Assembly: GCA_039090665.1 (NCBI GenBank)
Contig: JAWCSL010000004.1
Coordinates: forward strand, 1-55,829
Source of the DNA: Candidatus Aenigmatarchaeota archaeon
GTDB lineage: Archaea > Aenigmatarchaeota > Aenigmatarchaeia > CG10238-14 > SCSR01
Direction: 5' to 3'
Length of the DNA: 55,829 bases
Of this stretch, positions 18,581-28,155 are shown one piece after another. Under the pieces are notes generated by a model that saw only the letters and a list, made by a program, of their open reading frames with translations, had not been told where the DNA came from and did not search any database. How positions within the stretch are numbered: the first letter of the stretch is position 1; the number at the start of each line of letters is the position of its first letter. Both the position numbers and the translations under genes were made by a program.

Positions 18581-19252
18581 TCATCTCAAGCTACCGAACC
18601 TGGCTATGGTGAAAATTCCAATAAAGTTAAGCAAGTAGGCTATCGGAACAAATTTCTTTGAATCAAACTTTGCAGCTCCAAACAAAGCAACTCCAAACTC
18701 ATCAGGCAAAGGAGAAGCTATGATGAACCCTGCTATCACTGGCACAAACCACTTGAGTTTAGATTGAGATGCTCTTTGCCAAAGCCAAAGCCTGAACCTG
18801 AGGGTTTTTGGTATAATTCTTTTAGAAATTGGTTTTGTTGCTGGTTCTAGAAAATATTTCACCTCTTCTTTTAAAAGTTTTATTTCATCCATAAGCCTAT
18901 CTCTTACAAACCTGAAGATAAAGTAATCACTCAAAACAGTGCCTAAAGCCCCAAGTGTAGCGACAAGAATTGGGTTGAATTGTGAACCAAGAGTGTAGAG
19001 GAAAGCGGTAGCTGGTGCAACAGTTAAAGAAAAACCAAACATCATGCCAGCTATGAAAGCTGAAACATAACCAAAATTTCCAAGTTTCTCTTCTATCAAG
19101 ATAGCAAAATCAGATTTTAAAACAAGGTAAGCTATAACAAGACTTGCAGCAAAAGCTGCTAAGTTCTTATACTTCCACTTCTTCAGCTTGTCAGCATGAT
19201 TCTTGAGCTGTTGATTAAACTTGCTCTTGAGGTAAGAATATTTTTTTGGCAT
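18581..19252 (-). CDS. membrane protein (VTT/DedA-like)
   Basis: Several TM segments; ALGTVLSDYFIFRFVRD, ASPLPDE. Confidence 0.75.
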   Translation of the reverse strand: MPKKYSYLKSKFNQQLKNHADKLKKWKYKNLAAFAASLVIAYLVLKSDFAILIEEKLGNFGYVSAFIAGMMFGFSLTVAPATAFLYTLGSQFNPILVATLGALGTVLSDYFIFRFVRDRLMDEIKLLKEEVKYFLEPATKPISKRIIPKTLRFRLWLWQRASQSKLKWFVPVIAGFIIASPLPDEFGVALFGAAKFDSKKFVPIAYLLNFIGIFTIARFGSLR

Positions 19253-19288
19253 CTTTCTAATTTAGCTTTCAGTAAATAAAAAATTTTA

Positions 19289-20470
19289 CTAAATTTTTTG
19301 AAGAATTTCTTCAATTCTTATCATTTCATTCAGCTTGCTTATTCTTTCACCAGAAATTCCGAATTTCACATAATCGCAACCCAAACCAACTGCTAAATGG
19401 GCAATCAACTCATCTTCAGTTTCTCCTGATCGATGAGACATTACTGTCACGATCCTGTTTTCTTTCGCAAGTTTCACAACTTTTATCACATCGCTTATCG
19501 TTCCTACTTGGCTTGGCTTAACTATTATTGCATTTGTTGCTTTAAGTTCTATACCATCTTTTAACCTTTTCAGGTTTGTCGCGAACAAATCATCACCAAC
19601 AATAAGCTTGTTCGGTAAGCTGCTAGTTAGAACTGCAAAAGAGACAAAATCATCTTCCATGAAAGGATCTTCTATGTAGCTTATTGGATATTCTTCTGCC
19701 AGGTCTTGCATGAGCTTGAGTTGCTCGAGCTTGCTTAAGATTTTGTTGGAAAAAGGGTAAACATAGTACTGCTTGCCGTCCCAGAGCTGGGAAGCAGCGA
19801 CATCAAGACCAATTCTCAACAAATAATTATTTGCTATTTTCTTCAAGATGTTCAAAAGCTCGATGAAGTTTAAATTGGTGATCCAGCCTGATTCCCAATT
19901 TCTCCCGTAAGCAAAAGTAGGATCAGCCAGCTTCAAAGCTTTTCCCAAATCAAGGTAAGCTTGGGAGATCTTTGAGATTGATTCAAAGAAAGAATTTTGG
20001 TGAACAGGCAAGAGCAAGAATTCTTGGATGTCGCTCCTGCTATCTTTCCAACCACCAGCAACATTGCAAACTGGCTTAGGCATTTTCAGTTCACTCTTAG
20101 TTAAAGCTGCTAGGTATTCGAAAAATTCCAAACCTTCATCCAAAGCAAAAGCTTTCAAGAAAGCTGAAGATATTGCTAAGGCTAAATTTCCACCAATTTC
20201 CTTGAACTCAGGAGTCTTATCTATTGTTCTTATGAGCTCATCAACTTCTTCTTGATTTTTGAATTCTTCATTTGTGAAGCTCCTTCTTATCAAGTTGAAC
20301 TTGTTTATCACTTCTTCTGTTGGCAAGAAAACAACTTCATGCTTTCCCCTGCTCGTGCCGATTGGGACAGAAGCCCTTACTTTTCCTTTTGCAGTTTCTA
20401 TTTCAACTTCAATTGTTTTCTTGGAGTTTGTGGCAAAGATTTGCCTTATTTCAAGCCTTCTTGCTATCAT
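19289..20470 (-). CDS. eno: enolase (divergent)
   Basis: IEDPF, VGDDLF, KPSQVG, SHRSGET. Confidence 0.92.
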   Translation of the reverse strand: MIARRLEIRQIFATNSKKTIEVEIETAKGKVRASVPIGTSRGKHEVVFLPTEEVINKFNLIRRSFTNEEFKNQEEVDELIRTIDKTPEFKEIGGNLALAISSAFLKAFALDEGLEFFEYLAALTKSELKMPKPVCNVAGGWKDSRSDIQEFLLLPVHQNSFFESISKISQAYLDLGKALKLADPTFAYGRNWESGWITNLNFIELLNILKKIANNYLLRIGLDVAASQLWDGKQYYVYPFSNKILSKLEQLKLMQDLAEEYPISYIEDPFMEDDFVSFAVLTSSLPNKLIVGDDLFATNLKRLKDGIELKATNAIIVKPSQVGTISDVIKVVKLAKENRIVTVMSHRSGETEDELIAHLAVGLGCDYVKFGISGERISKLNEMIRIEEILQKI

Positions 20471-20661
20471 TAATTAGAATTTGTTTTGAGCGATAATTAT
20501 AATTTATTTAAATTGCTTCTTAAAAGAATAAATATGAAAAATTATTAAAGTAAAGAAACTTTCAAAAAAATGAAATCCAACTCCACTATGAAGTTCTTAA
20601 AGATTGATTACAACTCTTGGAGTTACAAATCTATATAAATAATCTCCAATAAACTCTTCTT

Positions 20662-20775
20662 ATGGGTAAATTACTGAAAGAATTGTTTCCTGATATAGGC
20701 AGTATTATCCTTTTCATTCTCATGTTGATAGGATATGTACTGTTTGCACTTGTAGTAACGGGTGTGATAAAATGA
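20662..20775 (+). CDS. 37-aa single-TM microprotein (not in ORF track)
   Basis: MGKLLKELFPDIGSIILFILMLIGYVLFALVVTGVIK; ATGA overlap with next gene. Confidence 0.6.
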   Translation: MGKLLKELFPDIGSIILFILMLIGYVLFALVVTGVIK

Positions 20776-21116
20776 AAGTTGACCCTTCATTAATTGCACT
20801 TTTGTTGGCTAGCATTTTTCTTTTGTGTTTGATTATTTGGCTTATTTTTCATAGTGAGTTTGTAAGTCATGGAGAATTCCTTAGTGCTATAATAGGAATT
20901 TTTGGAGCTCTGCTAACAGGGTTTTGGAGTTTGTGGAAAAAAGTTTCAGATATTTCTGAAAGTATCGGCTTTCTTAAGTCAGAAATTTTGAATGTGAAGA
21001 AAGATGTTGCTTCACTGAAGAAAGAGGTGTCTATGATGAAAAGAGACATGTCTCTAATGAAGAAGGAAATTTCTGTTATGAAGAAAGATATAGCTTTCAT
21101 CAAAAAGAAGATATGA
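20772..21116 (+). CDS. 2-TM protein with heptad-repeat coiled coil
   Basis: Two hydrophobic helices, then KKDVASL/KKEVSMM/KRDMSLM/KKEISVM/KKDIAFI. Confidence 0.75.
   Translation: MKVDPSLIALLLASIFLLCLIIWLIFHSEFVSHGEFLSAIIGIFGALLTGFWSLWKKVSDISESIGFLKSEILNVKKDVASLKKEVSMMKRDMSLMKKEISVMKKDIAFIKKKI
20994..21098 (+). repeat. five degenerate 21-nt tandem repeats
   Basis: Units begin GTGAAGAAAGAT, CTGAAGAAAGAG, ATGAAAAGAGAC, ATGAAGAAGGAA, ATGAAGAAAGAT. Confidence 0.75.
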
Positions 21117-21123
21117 TATCTTC

Positions 21124-22377
21124 TTATCTCCCAAAAACAATCTTCCAGAGCTTCTTGCCATTTATGAGCTTAAGCTTTCCTTTTTTCACAGAAAGCTCAT
21201 CGAACTTTTGCACTTCATCTCTACCTTTTCCGTAAATTAGAATTGGCACTGCTCCAAACTCATGCTTCCTAGTCTTGCAAGAAGTTATGTGGTCAGAAGT
21301 TATTATCAAGATACCATCGAAATCTTTCAATCTTCCCAAATAATCATCTATTCTTTCTATGACTTTTTGCTTCCTGAAGAAGTCGCCATCATGAGCAGGC
21401 TCATCTGGACCTTTAATGTGAGCATAAACAAGATCATATTCAGCCAAAGCATTTTCTATGTTATCGAAAATAAACCTTAAAGTTTGCTCGAAATTCAGCT
21501 CTGGCACTGTTATTGCATCAAAGCCTGCAAGCATGCAGCTTCCTTTCATCACCCCATTCTCAGCAATGCAAACAGCTTTTGGAATTTTGTGCTTTTTCAA
21601 AAAACTTTTGATAACTGGAAGTTTGTTCCCAGCTTCTCTCGTTACAATGTAGTTTGCTGGTGGCAAACCGTTTTTTATTCTCTGCTCGTTTGCAGGATGG
21701 TATTCGATGACCTGCCTTGCTTTTTCTATGAACTCTTGAACTAGTTGGGCTGATCTTGAAGCTTCAGGAGAAAGGGCTTCTATTTTTCTCACCCTTTCCC
21801 AGTCAAAATAAGGGTCGCTGTCTGTTATTTTATCGCTCAGCTTTTCTTTCAAAATTAAAACAGCTCGATGACCATAAGTTCTCATGAAGATGTGACCAAC
21901 TTCAAGCTTCACATGTTCATTAATGTACCTTGCTATCTCGTCCAAGCCTTGAGAATTTCTCCCCACTCTTCTGTCCAAGACCTTGAGCTCATTGTCAACA
22001 GTCACAAAATTACATCTCAAGGCAAGCCAACCTTGCTGGTAAGGGATGTCAGAACCAACAGCTTCTATCGGTCCTCTTTTCATTTGTTCCGGCTTCAAAT
22101 CATAGCCAAGCAAAGAGAAATTTGCTAAATGGCTCACGCTTGTCCTTGTTGTCTCATTCCAGAATTTTTTCTCTATTGGTAAAATTTCCCCACACATTCC
22201 GTTTTTTGCAAAAAAATCGAGATTTGGTTTGTAAGCTGAAGATAGAGGGGTTTTTTGTTCTGGCAAATCTGGCATGCCATCTATCAGGAGAAAAATCACT
22301 TTTTTCTTGGGTTTGATTTGTTTTGGTTTAGCTTGCTTCTTAATTCTCTTTTTTTGCACTGTTTTTCTTCTTGGCAT
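21124..22377 (-). CDS. apgM: 2,3-BPG-independent phosphoglycerate mutase (archaeal type)
   Basis: LIDGMPD, DEPAHDG, TSDHIT. Confidence 0.9.
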   Translation of the reverse strand: MPRRKTVQKKRIKKQAKPKQIKPKKKVIFLLIDGMPDLPEQKTPLSSAYKPNLDFFAKNGMCGEILPIEKKFWNETTRTSVSHLANFSLLGYDLKPEQMKRGPIEAVGSDIPYQQGWLALRCNFVTVDNELKVLDRRVGRNSQGLDEIARYINEHVKLEVGHIFMRTYGHRAVLILKEKLSDKITDSDPYFDWERVRKIEALSPEASRSAQLVQEFIEKARQVIEYHPANEQRIKNGLPPANYIVTREAGNKLPVIKSFLKKHKIPKAVCIAENGVMKGSCMLAGFDAITVPELNFEQTLRFIFDNIENALAEYDLVYAHIKGPDEPAHDGDFFRKQKVIERIDDYLGRLKDFDGILIITSDHITSCKTRKHEFGAVPILIYGKGRDEVQKFDELSVKKGKLKLINGKKLWKIVFGR

Positions 22378-22418
22378 TAATTAGAATTAGGGAGCCAAAG
22401 AAAATAAGTTTTGATTGT

Positions 22419-22574
22419 TTATCTTTTTCTATTCTTTGCCCAATTGTAAAAACCACCGAGTCCAAATTTCTTCGCAATTACAGAAGCAGCATAATCTGGT
22501 CCCCATTTATTTACCTCTTCCACAATTTTTTCCCACTCTTTATTCATTTCTCTCACATTATACATCACAACCAT
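22419..22574 (-). CDS. small hypothetical protein, 51 aa (not in ORF track)
   Basis: MVVMYNVREMNKEWEKIVEEVNKWGPDYAASVIAKKFGLGGFYNWAKNRKR; TGATG coupling and GGAGG upstream. Confidence 0.55.
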   Translation of the reverse strand: MVVMYNVREMNKEWEKIVEEVNKWGPDYAASVIAKKFGLGGFYNWAKNRKR

Positions 22575-22861
22575 CACCCCTCCATTTTTCCTTCAATTTC
22601 ATTCAACACATTTTCAGCATATTCAGCAAGTTTTTTTGAGAGCTTGGTTTTGGCCAAAAGGAGCTTTCTCTTGAAAGCAGGATCTTGACCTTTAGCTTGT
22701 TCGGCAGCAAAAAGTGTGATGAAAGCTGATTGAAGCTCGAGCCAAAAGAAAGCTTTTTCCAAGAATTTCTTACATTCTTGCTTGTTTTGGGCAGATAGAG
22801 CTAAAGCTTTCCATTTCTCATAGTTTTCAGAGCACAATGAAATTTCTTCATTGATATCCAT
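22574..22861 (-). CDS. helical hypothetical protein
   Basis: 95-aa ORF coupled to neighbours. Confidence 0.7.
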   Translation of the reverse strand: MDINEEISLCSENYEKWKALALSAQNKQECKKFLEKAFFWLELQSAFITLFAAEQAKGQDPAFKRKLLLAKTKLSKKLAEYAENVLNEIEGKMEG

Positions 22862-23099
22862 AGTCTTCCAACCCCAAGCCTTTTATTTTTTCTAAAATTT
22901 CTCGAGCCCTTTTCATATCGCCTTCAATTCTTCCTTCTTTAATCCCATTTGGGTTATGTTTTTGAGGACAGTATCTGTTTATGAGTTCTAAAGCTTGTCT
23001 AACTAATTCCTTATCTGGATATTTTTTTAATACTTTTATGTAATCTGCAATTTCCGCCACAATCTTTCTTATTTCATAAATCTTTCCATCTACCATCAA
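22848..23099 (-). CDS. hypothetical protein
   Basis: 83-aa ORF with AGGTGA upstream. Confidence 0.65.
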   Translation of the reverse strand: MMVDGKIYEIRKIVAEIADYIKVLKKYPDKELVRQALELINRYCPQKHNPNGIKEGRIEGDMKRAREILEKIKGLGLEDYGYQ

Positions 23100-23200
23100 T
23101 TGTCACCTTATAGTAGTTACTATATCTTTTCTAGTATTTAAGCGTTACTATTCTACAGTAGCGAAATCTTTATATATACCTTTCAAACTAAAAGATATTT

Positions 23201-23572
23201 ATGTCTGAAATATTTGTTGAAGAAATAACAGTACCCGACAAAGAAAAAATTACACTAAAATACACCATAGACGAAATAAAAAAAAGTATGAAATTTTGGG
23301 GTATTTTTCCTGATAAAGGTATAAACCAGAGAGTTACAATTCAAAAAATATTTGAGACTATTTTAAATCAGTATCTACCTTCCAGCGTTCCATCTCCTAC
23401 AGAAATAAAATATTACTTCCATTCCCCAAACCAGATTGAAGTAATAGGATTATATAAAGAAAATGATCTAACAATAAGCCTCCAAATTATAACATCCGAT
23501 AAAGATTTGAAAATCTTTATTGGTTCAAACTCAAACCTTGTATACTCTCTTTTAAGAGCAGGAAAATCATAA
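23201..23572 (+). CDS. hypothetical protein
   Basis: 123-aa ORF with TATA-like TTTATATA upstream. Confidence 0.6.
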   Translation: MSEIFVEEITVPDKEKITLKYTIDEIKKSMKFWGIFPDKGINQRVTIQKIFETILNQYLPSSVPSPTEIKYYFHSPNQIEVIGLYKENDLTISLQIITSDKDLKIFIGSNSNLVYSLLRAGKS

Positions 23573-24829
23573 ATTGAAAATTCTATTATTAGCTAAAGGT
23601 GCAACAGCATCAAACCCTTTTTCTCTTAGCTCAGAAGCAAATTCTTCTGTATGATCACCATGAACACAGAAAACTTTCTCAGGATTAAGCTTCTCTATGA
23701 ACTCGAACAGCTCACTCCTTCCAGCATGAGCACTGAAGTCAAGCCTTTTAACAAACATCTTCACTTCTAAGTCTAAATCTTTTGTTATTAGTCTTCCAGT
23801 CTCAAGCAAAATCTTGCCAGGCGTATCTTCAAGCTGCCATCCTGTTAAAACCAAGCTAGACCTTCTGTCAGCATAAAGTTTCTTGAGGTACCAAATTACT
23901 GGGCCACCAGTAAGCATGCCGCTTGTCGTCAAGATTACACTTGGTCTCTTTAAAGCTCTCTTTCTTGATCTTTCTGAACCAACATACTCTACCCTCTTCA
24001 AAGCTTTGTCTAAGCTTTCAGGCTCTTTCAACAAGCTCTTATGCTGATTTATTATTGTTGTGGCTTTCTTTGCCATTCCATCCAAATAAACAGGATAATC
24101 TATTCCATGCTTGTCCAGGATCAACAAAATTTCTTGAAGCCTGCCAACGGCAAAACCAGCTATCAAGCAATGGCCATCTACTGCTAAAGTTTCATCTATT
24201 ATTTTCACCAGCTCTTTCTCTTGCTCTTTCCTGTTTGCGTGCTCTCTGTCAGAGTAAGTCGATTCTGTTATCAAGTAATCTATTTTGGGCAAGTCTAAGT
24301 CAGCTCTTTTGAGAAGTCTTGTGTCTGTTGTCTTGAGATCGCCCGTGTAAAGAAGGTTTTTGTTACCGAAGCTTAAAAGGATCATAGCACTGCCGGGAAT
24401 ATGACCAGCATCGAAAAATTCAAATTTTGTAGAGTGAAGCTTAAACTGCTTTCTATAGGGAATCAAAACAAAGTTTTTCATGGTTTGCTCGACATCTCTC
24501 TTCTTAAAAGGCAAGCTTACGCCTTCTTCATGGCTTATTTTCAGAGAATCTAAAAGCAAAAGCTCCGTTAATGGCTTAGTGACATTTATTGAATAAATTG
24601 GGCAGCCTTGACTGTTTGCAGCAAAAATCCCTATTCCCCCACTGTGATCAAGATGGGCATGAGAAAGCAAAATTGCGTCTGGCTTTCCCTGAATTGGAAT
24701 TGGAAATTGTGGAGGAACTTCTCTAATTTTTGTCCCATAGTCGAGCAAAATTTTTTCTGTGCCGGTGTCAACCAAAATTCCAGAAGCTCCTACTGTTTGC
24801 ATCGCACCGAGAAAGCTGAGCTGAATCAT
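23567..24829 (-). CDS. beta-CASP metallo-beta-lactamase ribonuclease (aCPSF2-like)
   Basis: SHAHLDHSG, AGHIPGSA, YTGD, ESTY, FSAHA, VHGD; start corrected to 24829. Confidence 0.92.
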   Translation of the reverse strand: MIQLSFLGAMQTVGASGILVDTGTEKILLDYGTKIREVPPQFPIPIQGKPDAILLSHAHLDHSGGIGIFAANSQGCPIYSINVTKPLTELLLLDSLKISHEEGVSLPFKKRDVEQTMKNFVLIPYRKQFKLHSTKFEFFDAGHIPGSAMILLSFGNKNLLYTGDLKTTDTRLLKRADLDLPKIDYLITESTYSDREHANRKEQEKELVKIIDETLAVDGHCLIAGFAVGRLQEILLILDKHGIDYPVYLDGMAKKATTIINQHKSLLKEPESLDKALKRVEYVGSERSRKRALKRPSVILTTSGMLTGGPVIWYLKKLYADRRSSLVLTGWQLEDTPGKILLETGRLITKDLDLEVKMFVKRLDFSAHAGRSELFEFIEKLNPEKVFCVHGDHTEEFASELREKGFDAVAPLANNRIFNL

Positions 24830-25095
24830 AAAACCTTCTTTATTTTTTGGTTTTTCTCTATTTATTTTTTCCGAGTTTAGTTGAATATTAGCAAATCCTT
24901 CTTTAACCATTATTCAACTAAGAGTGGAATTGAAAGAAAAATGTCATAGCTTAAGATTGGCCGAATTGCTCAATATCTTGAAGAAAAATCTTAAAGGTAT
25001 TTTACCCAAAAAGAGACTACATAAGAATTGTTGAAAGGGACTACAACTGATTTTTTAACAAAGAAATTTAACTTTAAAAATTCACTATTGGTATT

Positions 25096-26184
25096 ATGGA
25101 TTTAGAAGAAAGATTTCAGCTTGTTAAAAGCGTGGGGGAAGAAATAATCACAGAAGAAGAATTGAAAGATCTTCTTGCTTCAAAAGAACACCCAATAGCT
25201 TACGATGGTTTTGAACCTTCAGGCCTAGCTCACATAGCCTTTGGAATTTTCAGGCCCATGCTTATAGAAGATTTGCTAAAAGCTGGAATCCACTTCAAGC
25301 TTTATTTGGCAGATTATTTTGCTTGGATAAACAACAAGCTTGGTGGCGACCTAGAAAAAATAAGGCTTGCAGGCGAATATTTCATAGAGGTCTGGAAAGC
25401 TGCAGGCATAGACACAAAAAAAGTTGAGTTTGTTTGGGCTAGCGATCTGGCGAGCAGAAAAGAATACTGGAAAAAAGTTATTCTGATTGCGAAACACACT
25501 ACCATAAACAGAGCTAATAGGGCCTTAACTATAATGGGAAGGAAAGCCGGCGAGCTTAAAGAAGTTGCCCAATATTTTTATCCTATGATGCAAGTTGCTG
25601 ATATTTTTGAGTTAGGAGTTGATATTTGTCAGCTTGGTTTAGATCAAAGAAGAGCAAACATGCTAGCTCGCGAGCTTGGGCCAAAACTTGGATGGTGGAA
25701 GCCTGTTGTGGTAAGTCATCATATGCTAATAGGTTTGGAAGGGGTAAAACAACCTGAAGGTTTTGATGAAAATAAGGTTATAGACATAGCGATAAGCTCA
25801 AAAATGAGCAAGAGTAAGCCTTCAAGTGCTATTTTCATGCACGATAGTAGAGAAGAAATTTTCAAGAAAATTAAAAATGCTTATTGCCCTGAGAGAGTAG
25901 TAGAGAACAATCCAATTTTAGATTACACAAAACATCTTATCTTCAGAAAATTCAAGAGCTTGAAAGTTGAAAGACCAATAAAATTTGGTGGAACTGTAGA
26001 GTTCAAATCTTACGAAGAAGTGGAGAAAGCTTTCAAGGAAGGAGAGCTTCACCCCCTAGACTTGAAAAATGCAGTTGCCGACTATCTGGACCAAATGATA
26101 AAGCCTGTGAGAGAGCATTTTGAAAAAAACTCGAAAGCAAGAGAACTTCTCGAAATCATGAAAGAAGCCAAGATCACTAGATAG
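25096..26184 (+). CDS. tyrS: tyrosyl-tRNA synthetase
   Basis: YDGFEPSG, YPMMQVADI, GLDQR, KMSKS. Confidence 0.96.
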   Translation: MDLEERFQLVKSVGEEIITEEELKDLLASKEHPIAYDGFEPSGLAHIAFGIFRPMLIEDLLKAGIHFKLYLADYFAWINNKLGGDLEKIRLAGEYFIEVWKAAGIDTKKVEFVWASDLASRKEYWKKVILIAKHTTINRANRALTIMGRKAGELKEVAQYFYPMMQVADIFELGVDICQLGLDQRRANMLARELGPKLGWWKPVVVSHHMLIGLEGVKQPEGFDENKVIDIAISSKMSKSKPSSAIFMHDSREEIFKKIKNAYCPERVVENNPILDYTKHLIFRKFKSLKVERPIKFGGTVEFKSYEEVEKAFKEGELHPLDLKNAVADYLDQMIKPVREHFEKNSKARELLEIMKEAKITR

Positions 26185-27469
26185 ATTTTTTTCTTTTCTT
26201 GCGAATTATGAAAACAAGAGAACCGGTAGCTAAGATTGCAAGAGTTACAAAAATCAATTCTATTTCAAAATATCCTAACAAAGCCATGCAAGATATAGTG
26301 CCAAAAAAAGCCGTGAGCGGGAACTTTCCTATGTTGAGTGGGGCTAAGAATTTTCTCTTTATATCTGGTCTCATGAATCTAAGATGAATTAAAGAGAGAT
26401 TAGCTGCTATGAAAGCAAGTAAAGAACCCAAGCTTGTTAGTTTGGCAACTTTTTCAATATCGCGCAAAAAAACAAAAACTATCGCTAAAGTAGTTACCAA
26501 AAAAATTGCTATATATGGTGTTTTTCTATTTGGATGTATCCTGGACAAAATTTTTGGAAGAGAATTTTCTCTTGCCATACCATAAATAATTCTAGAAGCA
26601 GAAAGCATAAGACCAAGAGAAGTGTCTGCAGTTGTTAAAAGAGCTGCTAATGAAATGAAAATAAATGCTTTATCACCCAAAACTTTAGATGCTGCTAAAG
26701 CCAAAGGTGCTGATGAGCGAGAAAGCTCTTCCCAACCAACAAGGTTGAGAACAGAAATCGAAACCAAAACGTAAATCACAGTTGTTATAATCACAGAAAG
26801 AATTAAAGCTAGAGGAATTATTTTTGTTGGGTTTTTTGTTTCTTCTGCCAAATTTACAACATCTTCAAATCCCAAGTAAGCGAAAAAAACCAAGGCTGCT
26901 GCTGAGAAAACTCCTGTCAAGCTAGGTGCTTCAAAAAATTTTTTAAAGTTGATTGGAGAAACAAAAAACCCAGAGAAAATGATTAAGATCAAGCTGAACA
27001 AAACTAGTGAAGAAGTTGTGATGAAGAATCTAGAACTTTCTTTTATTCCCGCGAAATTCAAGAAAGAAAGAACAAGAATTAGAAAGATTGAAACAACTAT
27101 TCTCGCAAAAGAGCCTTCTATTTCGAAAAGTTTTATGAAATAACCTGAAAAACCAAGAGAAACTGCAGCTGTTCCAGAAATAAGAGCAAATATCAAAAGC
27201 CAGCCTATCAAAAAAGCCCAAAAATCGCTACCATAAGCTTTTTTCACGTAAACAAAAACAGCCCCTGCCTTTGGATACATGGCAGAAAGTTCAGCATAAG
27301 TTAGGCCTGTGAAAATTGCAACGAAAGCTCCGATTAAGAAAGAAATCCATGCAGAATTTCCTGCTAATCCTGCAACTTCTCCGATCAAAGCAAAAATTCC
27401 AGCTCCAATTATTACACCTATTCCATAAAAAGTTGTCTCAAGTAGACCAAGTTCTCTTTTAAGTTTCAT
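26177..27469 (-). CDS. APC-family amino acid permease
   Basis: IIGAGIF, YAELSAMYPKAG, FFAYLGFE; many TM segments. Confidence 0.93.
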   Translation of the reverse strand: MKLKRELGLLETTFYGIGVIIGAGIFALIGEVAGLAGNSAWISFLIGAFVAIFTGLTYAELSAMYPKAGAVFVYVKKAYGSDFWAFLIGWLLIFALISGTAAVSLGFSGYFIKLFEIEGSFARIVVSIFLILVLSFLNFAGIKESSRFFITTSSLVLFSLILIIFSGFFVSPINFKKFFEAPSLTGVFSAAALVFFAYLGFEDVVNLAEETKNPTKIIPLALILSVIITTVIYVLVSISVLNLVGWEELSRSSAPLALAASKVLGDKAFIFISLAALLTTADTSLGLMLSASRIIYGMARENSLPKILSRIHPNRKTPYIAIFLVTTLAIVFVFLRDIEKVAKLTSLGSLLAFIAANLSLIHLRFMRPDIKRKFLAPLNIGKFPLTAFFGTISCMALLGYFEIELIFVTLAILATGSLVFIIRKKRKKSI

Positions 27470-27515
27470 AAATATATTTAAGCTCTAAAAGTTAAGAAAA
27501 GTTTTGGGGCAATGA

Positions 27516-28142
27516 ATGAGATTAGCAGTAATCGACATGGAAGGTGTGCTCCTTGATGGTGAATATTTACCAGAACTTTCAAAAATCATAGGAAAAGAAA
27601 AAGAGGTTTGGGATATAACGCTAAAGGGAATAAGAGGAGAGATAAATTGGGAAGAAGGATTAAAACAGAGAGTCGAGCTTTTGAAAGGAGTAAAATATGA
27701 AGATGCTTTAAAAATTGCAAAGAAAATTCCACTCATGAAAAATGCAAAAAAATTCTGTAAAAGGCTTAAAGAACTTGGATTTAAGATTGTTATGCTGACA
27801 GGCGGCTTCACGATTGTTGCTGAGAGGATCAAGAAAAAGTTGGGTCTAGACTACATCATCTCAAATGAATTAATTTTTAAAGATGGAAAACTAGTAGGAG
27901 TAAAACTTAATGTTACCGATAAGGCGAAAGCTTTTTTTGAGCATTTTGGAAAGGTTGATGGAGAAATTGTGGCAATAGTTGATGGTGCTAATGATCTAGA
28001 ACTATTCAAAATTGCTAAATTTAGGATAGCTTTTAATGCTCAACCAATAGTTAAAAAACAAGCTGATTTCGTTGTGGATGGAAAAGATCTTGCAGACCTA
28101 ATCCCGGTAATAGAAAAATTATTTGTAAGCCAAAAACAATAA
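27516..28142 (+). CDS. serB: phosphoserine phosphatase-like HAD
   Basis: DMEGVL, RVELLKG, TGGF, DGANDL. Confidence 0.85.
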   Translation: MRLAVIDMEGVLLDGEYLPELSKIIGKEKEVWDITLKGIRGEINWEEGLKQRVELLKGVKYEDALKIAKKIPLMKNAKKFCKRLKELGFKIVMLTGGFTIVAERIKKKLGLDYIISNELIFKDGKLVGVKLNVTDKAKAFFEHFGKVDGEIVAIVDGANDLELFKIAKFRIAFNAQPIVKKQADFVVDGKDLADLIPVIEKLFVSQKQ

Positions 28143-28155
28143 ATTAGGGAGGAAA

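Noticed and set aside
20994-21098. Repeats as a CRISPR array
   Set aside because: Degenerate in-frame coding repeats without spacers; no CRISPR array or cas genes seen in the window.
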